From Vicinamibacterales bacterium (GTDB lineage: Bacteria; Acidobacteriota; Vicinamibacteria; Vicinamibacterales; SCN-69-37): 64,000 bases of DNA. The DNA lies in contig JAKFEY010000001.1 of assembly GCA_036675475.1 (NCBI GenBank), forward strand, positions 10,442-74,441. The letters run 5' to 3'. The translations under genes and the position numbers were made by a program. Each line of letters begins with the position of its first letter. Position 1 is the stretch's first letter. A model generated the notes under the pieces. The model did no database searches. It was given only the letters and a program-made list of their open reading frames with translations, and had not been told where the DNA came from. This document shows, piece by piece, positions 1 through 9,092 of the stretch.

Positions 1-986
1 GCGGCGTTGTACGGGATGGCGTCTTCCGCTTCGATCTTGTAGCCCCACCAGTCGCTGAAGGTCGAGGCGCCGGCGCCGTGCGCGGCGATTTCCTTCGCCA
101 CCTTGTAGCCTTCGAGCACGTGCTGGAACGTGGCGATCTTGAAGCCCATTTCATCGGCCAGGCGGATGAGCATCAGGATTTCGTCGGCGCGGTAGCAGTG
201 CGCGTGCACCAGCCGCTTGCCTTCGAGGATCTCGACGAGCGGATCGAGCTGGAAGTCGCGGCGGGGCGGCAGCGCGTCGCGGTTCGTCTTGCGCGCCGCC
301 TCATAGTCCTGCCAGGCCTTCTGATACGCCTTGGCGCGCGTGAACGCGTCTCGGATGACGTATTCGACGCCGCCGCGCGTGGCGGGGTAGCGGGCCGGCT
401 GGTTGGGCTGCGTGGGGTTGCCCTGGCGCTTCGGGTTTTCGCCGAGGGCGAACTTGATGCCGGGCATCGCGCCCGGGAACAGCAGTTCCTGTCCGGTCTT
501 CGCGCCCCATTTCAGCTTGATGACGGCGTTGCCGCCGCCGATCGGGTTGGCGCTGCCGTGCAGCACGTTGGCGACGGTGAGGCCGCCGGCCAGGTCGCGA
601 TAGATGTTGATGTCGGTCGGGTCGATGACGTCCTGGATGCTGACCATCGACGACACCACGGTGCCGCCCTCGTTGATCGCGTCGGCCGCGATGTGCGAGT
701 GGGCGTCGATGATGCCCGGCGACACGAACTTGCCGGTGCCGTCGATGACGTCGGCCCCGGCCGGAATCTGGACGTTGGCGCCCAGCGCGGCAATTTTGCC
801 GTCGCGGAGCACGATGGTCCCGTTCGGGATGGTGCCTTTGGTGACGGTGACGAGGGTGGCGTTGCGAATGGCCACGACGCCCGGCGTGCGGGCCTGCCCG
901 GTGACGCGGGCGGTCGACGCCGGCGCCACGATGGCCATCAGGGATGCCGCCGCAAGGGCGGCTGGTTTGAGGAGTCTGCGAATCAC
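1..986 (-). CDS. amidohydrolase-family metal-dependent hydrolase (5' part only; gene runs off the left edge)
   Basis: Absent from the ORF track because it has no stop in the window. My own minus-strand translation starts at GTG 986, with GGAGG 8-9 nt upstream. It reads [18 protein letters not shown] (signal-like), then [18 protein letters not shown] (HxH metal motif), then [38 protein letters not shown]. The + ORF 78..1010 is its Arg/Gly-rich antisense shadow. Confidence 0.8.
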   Translation of the reverse strand, partial: MIRRLLKPAALAAASLMAIVAPASTARVTGQARTPGVVAIRNATLVTVTKGTIPNGTIVLRDGKIAALGANVQIPAGADVIDGTGKFVSPGIIDAHSHIAADAINEGGTVVSSMVSIQDVIDPTDINIYRDLAGGLTVANVLHGSANPIGGGNAVIKLKWGAKTGQELLFPGAMPGIKFALGENPKRQGNPTQPNQPARYPATRGGVEYVIRDAFTRAKAYQKAWQDYEAARKTNRDALPPRRDFQLDPLVEILEGKRLVHAHCYRADEILMLIRLADEMGFKIATFQHVLEGYKVAKEIAAHGAGASTFSDWWGYKIEAEDAIPYNA

Positions 987-1093
987 GGTTGGAGCCTCCA
1001 CCTTACTTAATGGGTCGGTATACAGGGGCGAGGGGCAATGTACTCAGATACGCCGGAGAGGGCAAATTGTGACGATCCTGTATCCTGGCGCCG

Positions 1094-3009
1094 GTGCCCT
1101 CGCCCTCCGGCTATTACCGAGCGCCGATTGCCGACTTTCTCGCAGCGGCAACTGACCAGGTCCTGGGCGCTCTTGCACGTTCGCATGGACCCGCCCTGGA
1201 TCCCACACAGCGTGATGCTTGGCTGCAGGAAATCGACATTCTCAAGCAGTCACTGTCGGGGCTTCGCGGCACCATCTACCTGGAGTTCGATGTTCCTCGA
1301 CTCGGCTCGAGGATCGATGCGGTCATTGTTGTGGGTGCCGTTGTGTTTCCGGTGGAATTCACTACGCGCTCGATCTGAAGAATTTTCATCTCTCGAGTCA
1401 TGCAGTTCCGCTCCTACCGATCTTGGTGGCGACAGAGGCCCGGCGAACGGACCCAGCATGGCCTGCGCCTCACCCTGATGGTGTTTATCCTCCACGTCGC
1501 TGCGCTGCCGCTGATCTCGGCAGGGTTCTTCGAGAGGGGATCGCTCTCCACGCGGGTGACGATGTTGACGGCATGGCATGGGGAGTAGGGGCGTACCACC
1601 CTACCCCGACCATCATCGAGGCCGCGCGCACTCTCTATGCAGGCCATTCTGTCGACGAGATCACCCGGTCGGACGCTGACGCCGCGAACCTCAGCGTGAC
1701 CTCGGCCGCGGTCGAGGAGATCATCGAAAGGTCCCGCGCAAGAGGGGAAAAGAGCATCGTTTTCGTCACCGGAGTCCCTGGTGCCGGAAAAACTTTGGTC
1801 GGCCTGAACATTGCCACCCGACGAGAGGGGCTCGGCGATGCGAGGGCCGTCTATTTGTCGGGAAACGGCCCGCTTGTCAAAGTGCTCCAGACCGCTTTGA
1901 CTCGTGATGCGGCACGTCGACGTCAGCGTGGTGAGCGCCACGGCGACGCAAGGCAGGCCGTCAAAGCCTTCATCCAGAATGTGCACCACTTCCGGGATGA
2001 GGGTGTGCGCGCCGAAGCGCCTCCTGACGAGCACGCCGTGATCTTCGACGAGGCGCAACGTGCTTGGGATAAGGCCAAGACGGCCGCTTTCATGAAGCGT
2101 CGAAAGGGTCTGTCCGGGTTCCAGTATTCCGAACCAGAGTTCCTGATTTCTTACATGGACCGGCATCGCGACTGGGCCGTCATTGTCTGCTTAGTCGGCG
2201 GCGGTCAAGAGATCCACACCGGCGAAGCTGGTATCACTGCCTGGCTCGAAGCTGTTCGCGACAGGTATCAGAATTGGCGGACCTACGTCTCGCCGAACCT
2301 CATTGATGCCGAGTACGCTGCCACTTCAGTTCTTACGCTCATGCCGTCGTCTGCGGCGATTGATTATGACGAGCGCCTTCACCTGGCCTCGTCTGTCCGT
2401 TCCTTCCGATCCGAGAAAGTGTCAGCACTTGTTAAAGCCGTACTCGACCGGGACGTACCTGGCGCGAGGAAATTGATTCATGCGATCGGAACGCGGTTCC
2501 CGCTCTTCATCACGCGGGACCTTGCGAGGGCAAAGGCATGGGTACGACGACAGGCCCGCGGTACAGAGCGCTTCGGTTTGGTGGCGTCTTCACAAGCGGC
2601 CCGTCTGAAGCCGCATGCCATCGATGTGCGGGTCGAGAGTGATCCCGTGCACTACTTCCTGAGTGGCCCTGACGATACGCGATCGAGTTACTACCTCGAG
2701 GACGTCGCGACCGAGTTCCAAGTGCAGGGGCTTGAGCTTGACTGGGTCTGTGTGACTTGGGACGCGGATTTTAGATCCATCGACGACGGTTGGCAGTGTC
2801 GGTCTTTCCGTGGAAAGGCTTGGCAGGCCATTAGGAAGCTTGAGCGACAAAGATATCTGTTGAATGCGTACAGAGTCCTACTGACGCGGGCTCGACAAGG
2901 GATGGTGATTTTTGTTCCTCCCGGTGAGCCTGATGACCCTACACGCCTGCCAGAGTTCTATGACGGGACGTACACCTATCTGCGAAGTCTAGGTCTTGCT
3001 GAAATCTGA
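1094..3009 (+). pseudogene. DUF2075-family P-loop NTPase/helicase (Schlafen-helicase-like); reading frame broken near 1350-1378
   Basis: ORF 1094..1378 (frame 2) looks like a DUF2075 N-terminus (QRDAWLQEIDILKQSL ... YLEFDVPRLGSRIDAVIVVGAVVFPVEF) and stops at 1376. It continues in frame 1 (ORF 1219..3009) with YALDLKNFHLSSHAVPLLPILVATEA, Walker A VFVTGVPGAGKTLVGLN, and C-terminal NAYRVLLTRARQGMVIFVP. The junction is VEF|HYALDLKNFH. Confidence 0.6.
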
Positions 3010-3021
3010 GGGAGCGTCTAT

Positions 3022-3234
3022 CTAGGATGGTTCGACCGGGAATGCGTGGATAAGATCGAGGTCGTATCTCTCCCACCACCACCTGACGAACTCGAGTGGC
3101 GTGTCGCGGGCTTCAAAGCCCCGGCGGAGCGGCTGCTCGTCGCCGCACAGATCGTCCCAACTGCAACCGAGATGGTGTCGGCAGAGAACGTCGACATCTC
3201 TTGCCCATTCCGAGAACTTCAGCGGCGCGACCAT
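3022..3234 (-). CDS. small Trp-rich hypothetical protein (70 aa)
   Basis: Balanced, non-shadow composition (FSEWARDVDVLCRHHLGCSWDDL ... TPLEFVRWWWERYDLD). Lies 71 bp downstream of vapC on the same strand. No family assigned. Confidence 0.4.
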   Translation of the reverse strand: MVAPLKFSEWARDVDVLCRHHLGCSWDDLCGDEQPLRRGFEARDTPLEFVRWWWERYDLDLIHAFPVEPS

Positions 3235-3305
3235 AGGTCAGTGTGGTTCGTACCCCTGACAGAACAGGTCCATTCCTGCTCGGGCTCAGCCGCGGCTTCA
3301 TGTCG

Positions 3306-3746
3306 TTATGTCGCCGGGAGTAGCACCAGCGACGCCGGTGGGGTCCCTCGTACCGACGCCGTCGGTATCGTTCGATCGAACGTCGCCAATCGCCCCTTCC
3401 GATTCACAGCAAGTCCAAGCAAGTAGATGTCCGTCAGCTGCTTCGCGCCGCCCGCGCGGGAGAGATCGAAGAGATCGTCGCGCAGCGAGATCGCGTCGCG
3501 CCAGAACTGATGGCCGCCGCTCGCGCAGAAGGTGCGAAGGCGGGCCGCGGCTGTTTCCACGCGCTCGCCGAGTCCATACGCGGGATGCGAGATGACGCGG
3601 ATGAAGCCGTTCTCGGTGATCGGGCACGTCGCCCAGCCGGCATCGCGGTTCTCCGCGAACCAGTCGTGGGCGGCGTCGTGATGAATGTGATGGGGGTCGA
3701 AGAGCGCGACCAGGACGTTGATGTCGAGCAGCGCCGGCGCGGTCAC
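3306..3746 (-). CDS. vapC: PIN-domain ribonuclease toxin (VapC family)
   Basis: N-terminal LLDINVLVAL (first acidic PIN residue). C-terminal QLTDIYLLGLAVNRKGRLATFD. Its start overlaps the stop of the upstream antitoxin by 4 nt. Confidence 0.85.
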   Translation of the reverse strand: MTAPALLDINVLVALFDPHHIHHDAAHDWFAENRDAGWATCPITENGFIRVISHPAYGLGERVETAAARLRTFCASGGHQFWRDAISLRDDLFDLSRAGGAKQLTDIYLLGLAVNRKGRLATFDRTIPTASVRGTPPASLVLLPAT

Positions 3747-3973
3747 CGGTCGTCCCTCAACTCATTGACTCGCTTCATCGTGACGCGCGGTTCGGACGCC
3801 GCGCGGGGCGCCAGCAGGGGAACACCGTTGCGCACTTGGCCGGATTCGCCCTCGCGGGCCAGGCCGCGTCGCGCCAGGTCCGACAGAACCTTGCCGGCGG
3901 TCGACCCCTTCGCGGCCGCTAACTCCTTTGCCGCCTGTAAGATGTCGTCGTCTACGTCCAGCGTGGTTCGCAT
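3743..3973 (-). CDS. vapB: VapB-family antitoxin
   Basis: MRTTLDVDDDILQAAKELAAAKGSTAGKVLSDLARRGL is a typical VapB N-terminus. 76 aa. Overlaps the vapC start. Confidence 0.75.
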   Translation of the reverse strand: MRTTLDVDDDILQAAKELAAAKGSTAGKVLSDLARRGLAREGESGQVRNGVPLLAPRAASEPRVTMKRVNELRDDR

Positions 3974-4066
3974 GGCGCATCATCAAACATCACGCATCAG
4001 ATGTCAACTGACGCGAGGCCTAAAGGGCCTGGTGCCACCGCCGCCAAAGACCGCGCCTCGCCGCCG

Positions 4067-4095
4067 TTGACCTGAGACCGCAATGTGGGCACAAT
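4067..4095 (+). promoter_or_regulatory. sigma70-like promoter TTGACC-N17-CACAAT, 6 nt upstream of the phd ATG (would give a leaderless mRNA)
   Basis: ttgacc (4067-4072), a 17-nt spacer, cacaat (4090-4095), ATG at 4102. No SD fits in between. Pattern match only. Confidence 0.3.
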
Positions 4096-4101
4096 GACTA
4101 C

Positions 4102-4380
4102 ATGGCGAGAAACACCGTTGGCGCGCGTGAGCTGAAGGCGAGGCTCGGCAAGTACCTGCGGACCGTGCGGGAGGGACAGACCGTGATCGTGACCGATCGC
4201 GGCGAGCCGATCGCCGAGCTGCGTCCCATTCAGGACGAGCTCGACCGGAAACTCGCGAAGCTGCGTGCAAAGGGACTCATTGGCGGCGGCAACGGACGGC
4301 TGCGTCCGTTCGAGCCCGTTCGCATCGGTGGCGCCACCGTCGAGTCTGCGATCCTCGAGGATCGCGAAGATCGATTCTGA
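4102..4380 (+). CDS. Phd/YefM-family antitoxin
   Basis: VGARELKARLGKYLRTVREGQTVIVTDRGEPIAELRP is the canonical Phd/YefM N-terminal fold signature. Its TGA overlaps the ATG of the next PIN gene. Confidence 0.8.
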   Translation: MARNTVGARELKARLGKYLRTVREGQTVIVTDRGEPIAELRPIQDELDRKLAKLRAKGLIGGGNGRLRPFEPVRIGGATVESAILEDREDRF

Positions 4381-4796
4381 TGCGCTACTTCGACGCGAGC
4401 GCCCTGGCGAAGTGGTACATCGACGAACCGGGAACGGAAGTGGTCAAGCGTCTCCTCGATGCGCCCGCCGCAACGAGCCGCCTCTCCGGCGTCGAAGTGC
4501 CGTCGGCCATCATCAGGCGCGCCAGGGAAGCCGCCACACCAGCAGCCCGCCGGGACGGCGTGCTCCATTCGTTCAGCCTGGGTCTGGCCGACTTGCTCAT
4601 CGTGGAACTCGCCGCCGAGGTGGTGCGTGCCGCTAATGGCATCCTGAGCCGGAATCCGCTGCGCGCATCAGACGCCATTCATCTCGCGAGCTGCGTGTCG
4701 CTGTCGTACGAGCTCGGCGCCGATATTCCTTTCGTCGCGTTTGATGAGCGACTGCGAGCTGCGGCCCTCGCAGAAGGATTGACGGTCGAACCCTGA
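4380..4796 (+). CDS. vapC: PIN-domain toxin (VapC family)
   Basis: MRYFDASALAKWYIDEPG ... LRASDAIHLASC ... FVAFDERLRAAA carries the PIN acidic residues in the expected order. Coupled to the upstream antitoxin. Confidence 0.85.
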   Translation: MRYFDASALAKWYIDEPGTEVVKRLLDAPAATSRLSGVEVPSAIIRRAREAATPAARRDGVLHSFSLGLADLLIVELAAEVVRAANGILSRNPLRASDAIHLASCVSLSYELGADIPFVAFDERLRAAALAEGLTVEP

Positions 4797-4805
4797 CGGC
4801 GCCGA

Positions 4806-4961
4806 CTAGGACGCCCGCGCCTTCGATTCGCGTTCCTGCTGGCCCTTGAGGATGCTGCACCACTCTTTGTGCTGCGGGTGTTCGATTCCGCACTCCACAC
4901 AGATGCGCACGCGGGTCTTCGGTTCAGCCTTTCCGCCCAGCAGCTTCTTCAGGAAGGTCAT
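4806..4961 (-). CDS. small CxxC/His-containing hypothetical protein (51 aa; start taken at internal ATG 4961)
   Basis: MTFLKKLLGGKAEPKTRVRICVECGIEHPQHKEWCSILKGQQERESK. Third codon positions are GC-rich like real genes. Overlaps the 3' tail of the upstream gene by 38 nt. Confidence 0.35.
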   Translation of the reverse strand: MTFLKKLLGGKAEPKTRVRICVECGIEHPQHKEWCSILKGQQERESKARAS

Positions 4962-5553
4962 GGAGGCTTGGACGGGATGAACCGCGGTTTGGTTCGCTCT
5001 CCTCATACGCCTCGCGCAGCAGCGCGATGACATCCTTGTCGACGTCGGACGATGACGAGAGCGCGACTTCGACGGCCATGGTGTCGTGAACCCTGGAGCG
5101 CGAGAGGCGGCCGCCCGGCTTGCGGCCGTCGAGGCGCAGCGCGAGCTTCACGTGATCCTTTGCCGGCTGCACGCGCGCGAAGGTGCGGCGCGGCGTCACC
5201 AGCGACACGTAGGTCTTGCGCGTCTGCACGGCGACGTCGCCCAGTGACGTCGCCGCCTTGATGATTCGGTCGTAAATTTTTCGCAGGGCAGGCCGGCCCT
5301 CATACTGCGCGTCGACAAGCTCCGCCGACGTCGCCGTTGCGTAGTCCGGATAGCCGAAGCGCTCCATCACCAGCAGCATCGCGGCGTAGCCGTCAACGCC
5401 TTGCGCCTTCAGCCAGGCGCGCAGCGCGTCCTTGTCTTTCGGCCGCGCTTTCGCGACGCGCGCGTTCCAGACGGAAAGTCCTTCGCCGGTCCGCTTCTCG
5501 AGCAGCCGAATTGCCATCTGGCGATGGTGTTCCCAGTCGCGTATCTGTGCCAT
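4924..5553 (-). CDS. DUF4287/DUF5655-like protein
   Basis: LRAWLKAQGVDGYAAMLLVMERFGYPDY (DUF4287-like), then KTYVSLVTPRRTFARVQPAKDHVKLALRL (DUF5655-like). Recognised from memory, not searched. Confidence 0.65.
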   Translation of the reverse strand: MAQIRDWEHHRQMAIRLLEKRTGEGLSVWNARVAKARPKDKDALRAWLKAQGVDGYAAMLLVMERFGYPDYATATSAELVDAQYEGRPALRKIYDRIIKAATSLGDVAVQTRKTYVSLVTPRRTFARVQPAKDHVKLALRLDGRKPGGRLSRSRVHDTMAVEVALSSSSDVDKDVIALLREAYEESEPNRGSSRPSLHDLPEEAAGRKG

Positions 5554-5589
5554 GGATGCCTACCGCGGGATTGTAGTAGCCTCGGCGGC

Positions 5590-6744
5590 ATGACGCGACT
5601 GCTGCTTTGCGCGCTGCTGCTGGCGGGTGGCTTTCAGGCCGGGCAGGCACCTGCCACGCCCGCACCGTTTCACTGGCATGACGACTACACGGAGTATCAC
5701 CTGCTCGCGCCGGAGACGCATCAGTTCCACATCGTGTACTTCCTGAACCAGCGGCGCGCCGGGCTGACCTACGTGTTGAATCAAACGCGATCGGGCAGCG
5801 CCGGCTCGGACATCTCGGTGAGCGACCCGCGCACCGGCCAGCCGCTGAAACACGACTACCTGACTGGCAAGGAGCTCGCGGATGCGGGCGTGCCGGGCCG
5901 CCTGAATGCTGACGAGCACTACATCCGCGCGCACCTGCCGCGCGCCGTGCCGGCCGGCGGCGAGGGGCGCGTCCGCATCGAAAAGACGTACGCCGACGAG
6001 AAGAGCTACTTCGCCTCAGCCAACACGATCACGTTCGCCCGCTCGCTCGGCATCGGCCGCAACGCGATCATTCTTCCCGCCGGCTACGGGCTCGTGTCTT
6101 CGAACGTCGCGGCGGAGATCGCGACGCTCGCGGACGGGCGCGTGCAGCTGTCGTTCGAAAACATCAACGGGTATGCGTCGGACGTGACGATCGTCGCCTC
6201 GCGGCGCCCCGGCGCGACGCGCGCGCCGGCAGGCGGCGAGAGCACCGCATTCCGCTCGATGAAAACGTTGTACGAGATTGGCGCGGACGGCCTGGTCGCC
6301 GTGCGCCACGAGCGCATGCACTGGAGCGCCGCGCCTGACGCGACCCTCACCACCGTGTCGCTCGAGCCGTTCTCGACCCTTCGCCGCGTGCGCGTCACCG
6401 ACATCGACACCGGCGAGCCGCTGGCCGTGGTGCCGCCGCCGGCGCGCGGCCGGCACGCCTCGGCCCGCATCCCGCCCGTGAGAAGCGCGCACGTGCGCAT
6501 CGAAGGCACGCTGCAGGAGCCGGCCGACATCCGGCCCGCCGGCCTCACCTGGTCACGCGCGCTGACCGAGCCGCGCGCCACGATTGTGCTGCCGGCCGGC
6601 TTCGAGATCACGCACGTCAACGTGCCGGTCACCACCGGCACGCTGCCAGACGGCCGCATGTACGCGCAGCTCGTCAACAACCGCGCGGGCAGTGCGGTAC
6701 CGCTCGAGATGAAGGCGGCCAGGCTCCGCCCCGGAGGCGACTGA
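5590..6744 (+). CDS. secreted hypothetical protein (384 aa)
   Basis: Trimmed ORF 5401..6744 to ATG 5590. MTRLLLCALLLAGGFQAGQA is a signal peptide. Balanced composition, no family recognised. Confidence 0.6.
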   Translation: MTRLLLCALLLAGGFQAGQAPATPAPFHWHDDYTEYHLLAPETHQFHIVYFLNQRRAGLTYVLNQTRSGSAGSDISVSDPRTGQPLKHDYLTGKELADAGVPGRLNADEHYIRAHLPRAVPAGGEGRVRIEKTYADEKSYFASANTITFARSLGIGRNAIILPAGYGLVSSNVAAEIATLADGRVQLSFENINGYASDVTIVASRRPGATRAPAGGESTAFRSMKTLYEIGADGLVAVRHERMHWSAAPDATLTTVSLEPFSTLRRVRVTDIDTGEPLAVVPPPARGRHASARIPPVRSAHVRIEGTLQEPADIRPAGLTWSRALTEPRATIVLPAGFEITHVNVPVTTGTLPDGRMYAQLVNNRAGSAVPLEMKAARLRPGGD

Positions 6745-6782
6745 GCAGGAGCCGCCCGGCGATTGGGCGTATCCTGAGAGGC

Positions 6783-9092
6783 TTGCCTAATCCACGAAAG
6801 ACCTCACCCTCACCAGCCCTGAAGCGCTTCGCTGTTCTCGGCAATCATCTGCCGCGCCAGTGCGGCATCGCCACGTTCACCACCCACATCGCCGACGCGC
6901 TGGCGGCTGAGCTGCCGTCGGCCGACGGCTTCGTCCTCGCCGTCAACGACGCCGGCCGGCGCCATGCCTATCCGTCGCGCGTGCGCTTCGAAATCAAGGA
7001 AAGCGATCTGGCGTCCTACCGGCGCGCGGCCGACTATCTGAACGTCAATCGCGTGGACGTGCTGTCAGTGCAGCACGAGTACGGCATCTTCGGCGGCGAG
7101 GCAGGCGCGCACGTGCTGCCGCTGCTCGCCGGGCTGCGCATGCCGATCGTCACGACCCTGCACACGATTCTGTCGGAACCGAATGACGCGCAGCGCGCGG
7201 TGCTCGACGAGGTGATTCGCCTGTCCGAGCGCCTGATCGTCATGAGCCAGACCGGCGCGGACCTCCTCATGCGCGTGCACGGCGTCAGCGCGCGGCAGAT
7301 CGATCTGATCCCGCACGGCATCCCGCAGGTGCCGCCGGCCGGGAAGAGCAAGCAGCGGCTCGGCGTCGACGGCAAGACGGTGATTCTGACGTTCGGCCTG
7401 CTGTCGCCCGACAAGGGCATCGAGTACGTCATCGACGCGATGCCGGAGATTCTTGCCGCCCATCCCGACACGGTCTATATCGTGCTCGGCGCCACGCATC
7501 CGCATGTCGTGGAGCGCGAGGGCGAAGCCTACCGCCTCATGCTCGAGGCGCGCGCGCAGAAGCTGGGCGTCGGCGCGAGCATGATCTTTCACAACCGGTT
7601 CGTCAGCCAGGAGGAGCTCGTCGAGTTTCTCTCGGCCACCGACATCTACATCACGCCGTACCTGAATCCCGCGCAGATCACCTCGGGCACGCTGGCCTAC
7701 GCGGTGGGGGCGGGCAAGGCGGTCATCTCGACGCCCTACGTGTATGCCCGCGAGCTGCTTGCGGACGGACGCGGCGTGCTCGTGCCCTGGCGCGACGCCG
7801 GCGCGATCGCCCGCGAAGTCAACGCGCTTGCCGGCGACGAGGCGATGCGCAGCGCGATGTGCGCGCGTGCCGCCGCGCACGGCCTGCGGATGTCGTGGCC
7901 CGCCGTCGCGCGCCAGTATGTCGAGAGCTTCATGAAGGCGCGCACACAGCACGCGCGCCGCAGACGTACGGAGCTGCAGGCCCAGACGCTGGCGGCCCGG
8001 CCCGCGGAGCTGCCCGAGATCGACCTGCGGCACGTGCTGGCGATGACCGACGACACCGGCATGCTGCAGCACGCCGCGTTCAGCATTCCGCGCTACGAAG
8101 AGGGCTACTGCATCGACGACAACGCGCGGGCGCTGCTGCTCGCGTCGCTGCTTGGCGACGCGGGCACCGACGATCCCGCGACGCTGCGCCGGCTCTCGGC
8201 GCGGTATCTGGCGTTCGTGCGATATGCGTTCGATCGCCCGGCCGGCCGGTTCAGGAACTTCCTCTCGTATTCCCGCGTGTGGCTCGAGCCCGCCGGCTCC
8301 GAAGACAGCCACGGCCGCACGCTCTGGGCGCTCGGCGCGTGCGTGGGCCGCGCGAGCGATCCGGGGCAGCACAGCCTGGCCGGCGATCTGTTTCAGGCGG
8401 CGCTTCCCGCGGTCGCGTCCTTCAGCAGCCCGCGCGCGTGGGCCTACACGCTGCTCGGCATCGACGAGTACATGCGCGCCTTCCGCGGCGACAGCAGCAT
8501 CGAGGCGCTGCGCGCGGATCTCGCCGGCCGGCTGCTCGCGCTCTTCACCCAGTCAAGCGGCGTCGACTGGCCCTGGTTCGAGGATTCGGTCACCTACTGC
8601 AACGCGCGCCTGTCGCAGGCGCTGATTCTGTCGGGCGCGCGCATGCGGCGTCCCGACATGGTCGAGGCCGGCCTGCGGTCGCTCGAGTGGCTGGTCTCGG
8701 TGCAGGTGTCGGCCGACGGCGACTTTGCCGCGATCGGGTCGAATGGTTTTTACCAGCGGGGTCAAGCCCCGGCCGCGTTCGATCAGCAGCCGGTGGAGGC
8801 GTGCGCCACGGCCTCTGCCTGTCTCGAAGCCTACCGCGTGACCCGCGAGCCGCAATGGCTGGCGCGCGGCCAGCGCGCGTTTGCGTGGTTCCTCGGCCAG
8901 AACCATCTGCACCTCTGGCCGTACGACGCCTCAACGGGCGGCTGCCGCGACGGCCTGCACCGCGATCGCATGAACATGAACCAGGGCGCCGAGTCGACGC
9001 TGTCATTCCTGATGGCCCTTCACGAGATGCGCGTCAGCGAACGCGTCGCGCCACGTCCCATCCTCGCGCTCGTTCCGCAGCTCACCACATGA
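6783..9092 (+). CDS. GT4 (group 1) glycosyltransferase fused to a C-terminal (alpha/alpha)6-barrel-like domain (769 aa)
   Basis: The N-terminal half has GT-B features (VLSVQHEYGIFGG, ILTFGLLSPDKGIEY, ITPYLNPAQITSGTLAYAVGAGKAVISTPY). The C-terminal ~370 aa is Trp/Ala-rich and repeat-helical (RTLWALGAC, AWAYTLLGIDEY, NQGAESTLSFLMAL). TTG start. Confidence 0.8.
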   Translation: MPNPRKTSPSPALKRFAVLGNHLPRQCGIATFTTHIADALAAELPSADGFVLAVNDAGRRHAYPSRVRFEIKESDLASYRRAADYLNVNRVDVLSVQHEYGIFGGEAGAHVLPLLAGLRMPIVTTLHTILSEPNDAQRAVLDEVIRLSERLIVMSQTGADLLMRVHGVSARQIDLIPHGIPQVPPAGKSKQRLGVDGKTVILTFGLLSPDKGIEYVIDAMPEILAAHPDTVYIVLGATHPHVVEREGEAYRLMLEARAQKLGVGASMIFHNRFVSQEELVEFLSATDIYITPYLNPAQITSGTLAYAVGAGKAVISTPYVYARELLADGRGVLVPWRDAGAIAREVNALAGDEAMRSAMCARAAAHGLRMSWPAVARQYVESFMKARTQHARRRRTELQAQTLAARPAELPEIDLRHVLAMTDDTGMLQHAAFSIPRYEEGYCIDDNARALLLASLLGDAGTDDPATLRRLSARYLAFVRYAFDRPAGRFRNFLSYSRVWLEPAGSEDSHGRTLWALGACVGRASDPGQHSLAGDLFQAALPAVASFSSPRAWAYTLLGIDEYMRAFRGDSSIEALRADLAGRLLALFTQSSGVDWPWFEDSVTYCNARLSQALILSGARMRRPDMVEAGLRSLEWLVSVQVSADGDFAAIGSNGFYQRGQAPAAFDQQPVEACATASACLEAYRVTREPQWLARGQRAFAWFLGQNHLHLWPYDASTGGCRDGLHRDRMNMNQGAESTLSFLMALHEMRVSERVAPRPILALVPQLTT

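Noticed and set aside
78-1010. 310-aa + strand ORF and nested ORFs over the first kilobase
   Set aside because: Its Arg/Gly/Ala/Val-rich composition has no motifs. The opposite strand encodes a clean amidohydrolase with an HxH motif, so this is a GC-driven shadow frame.
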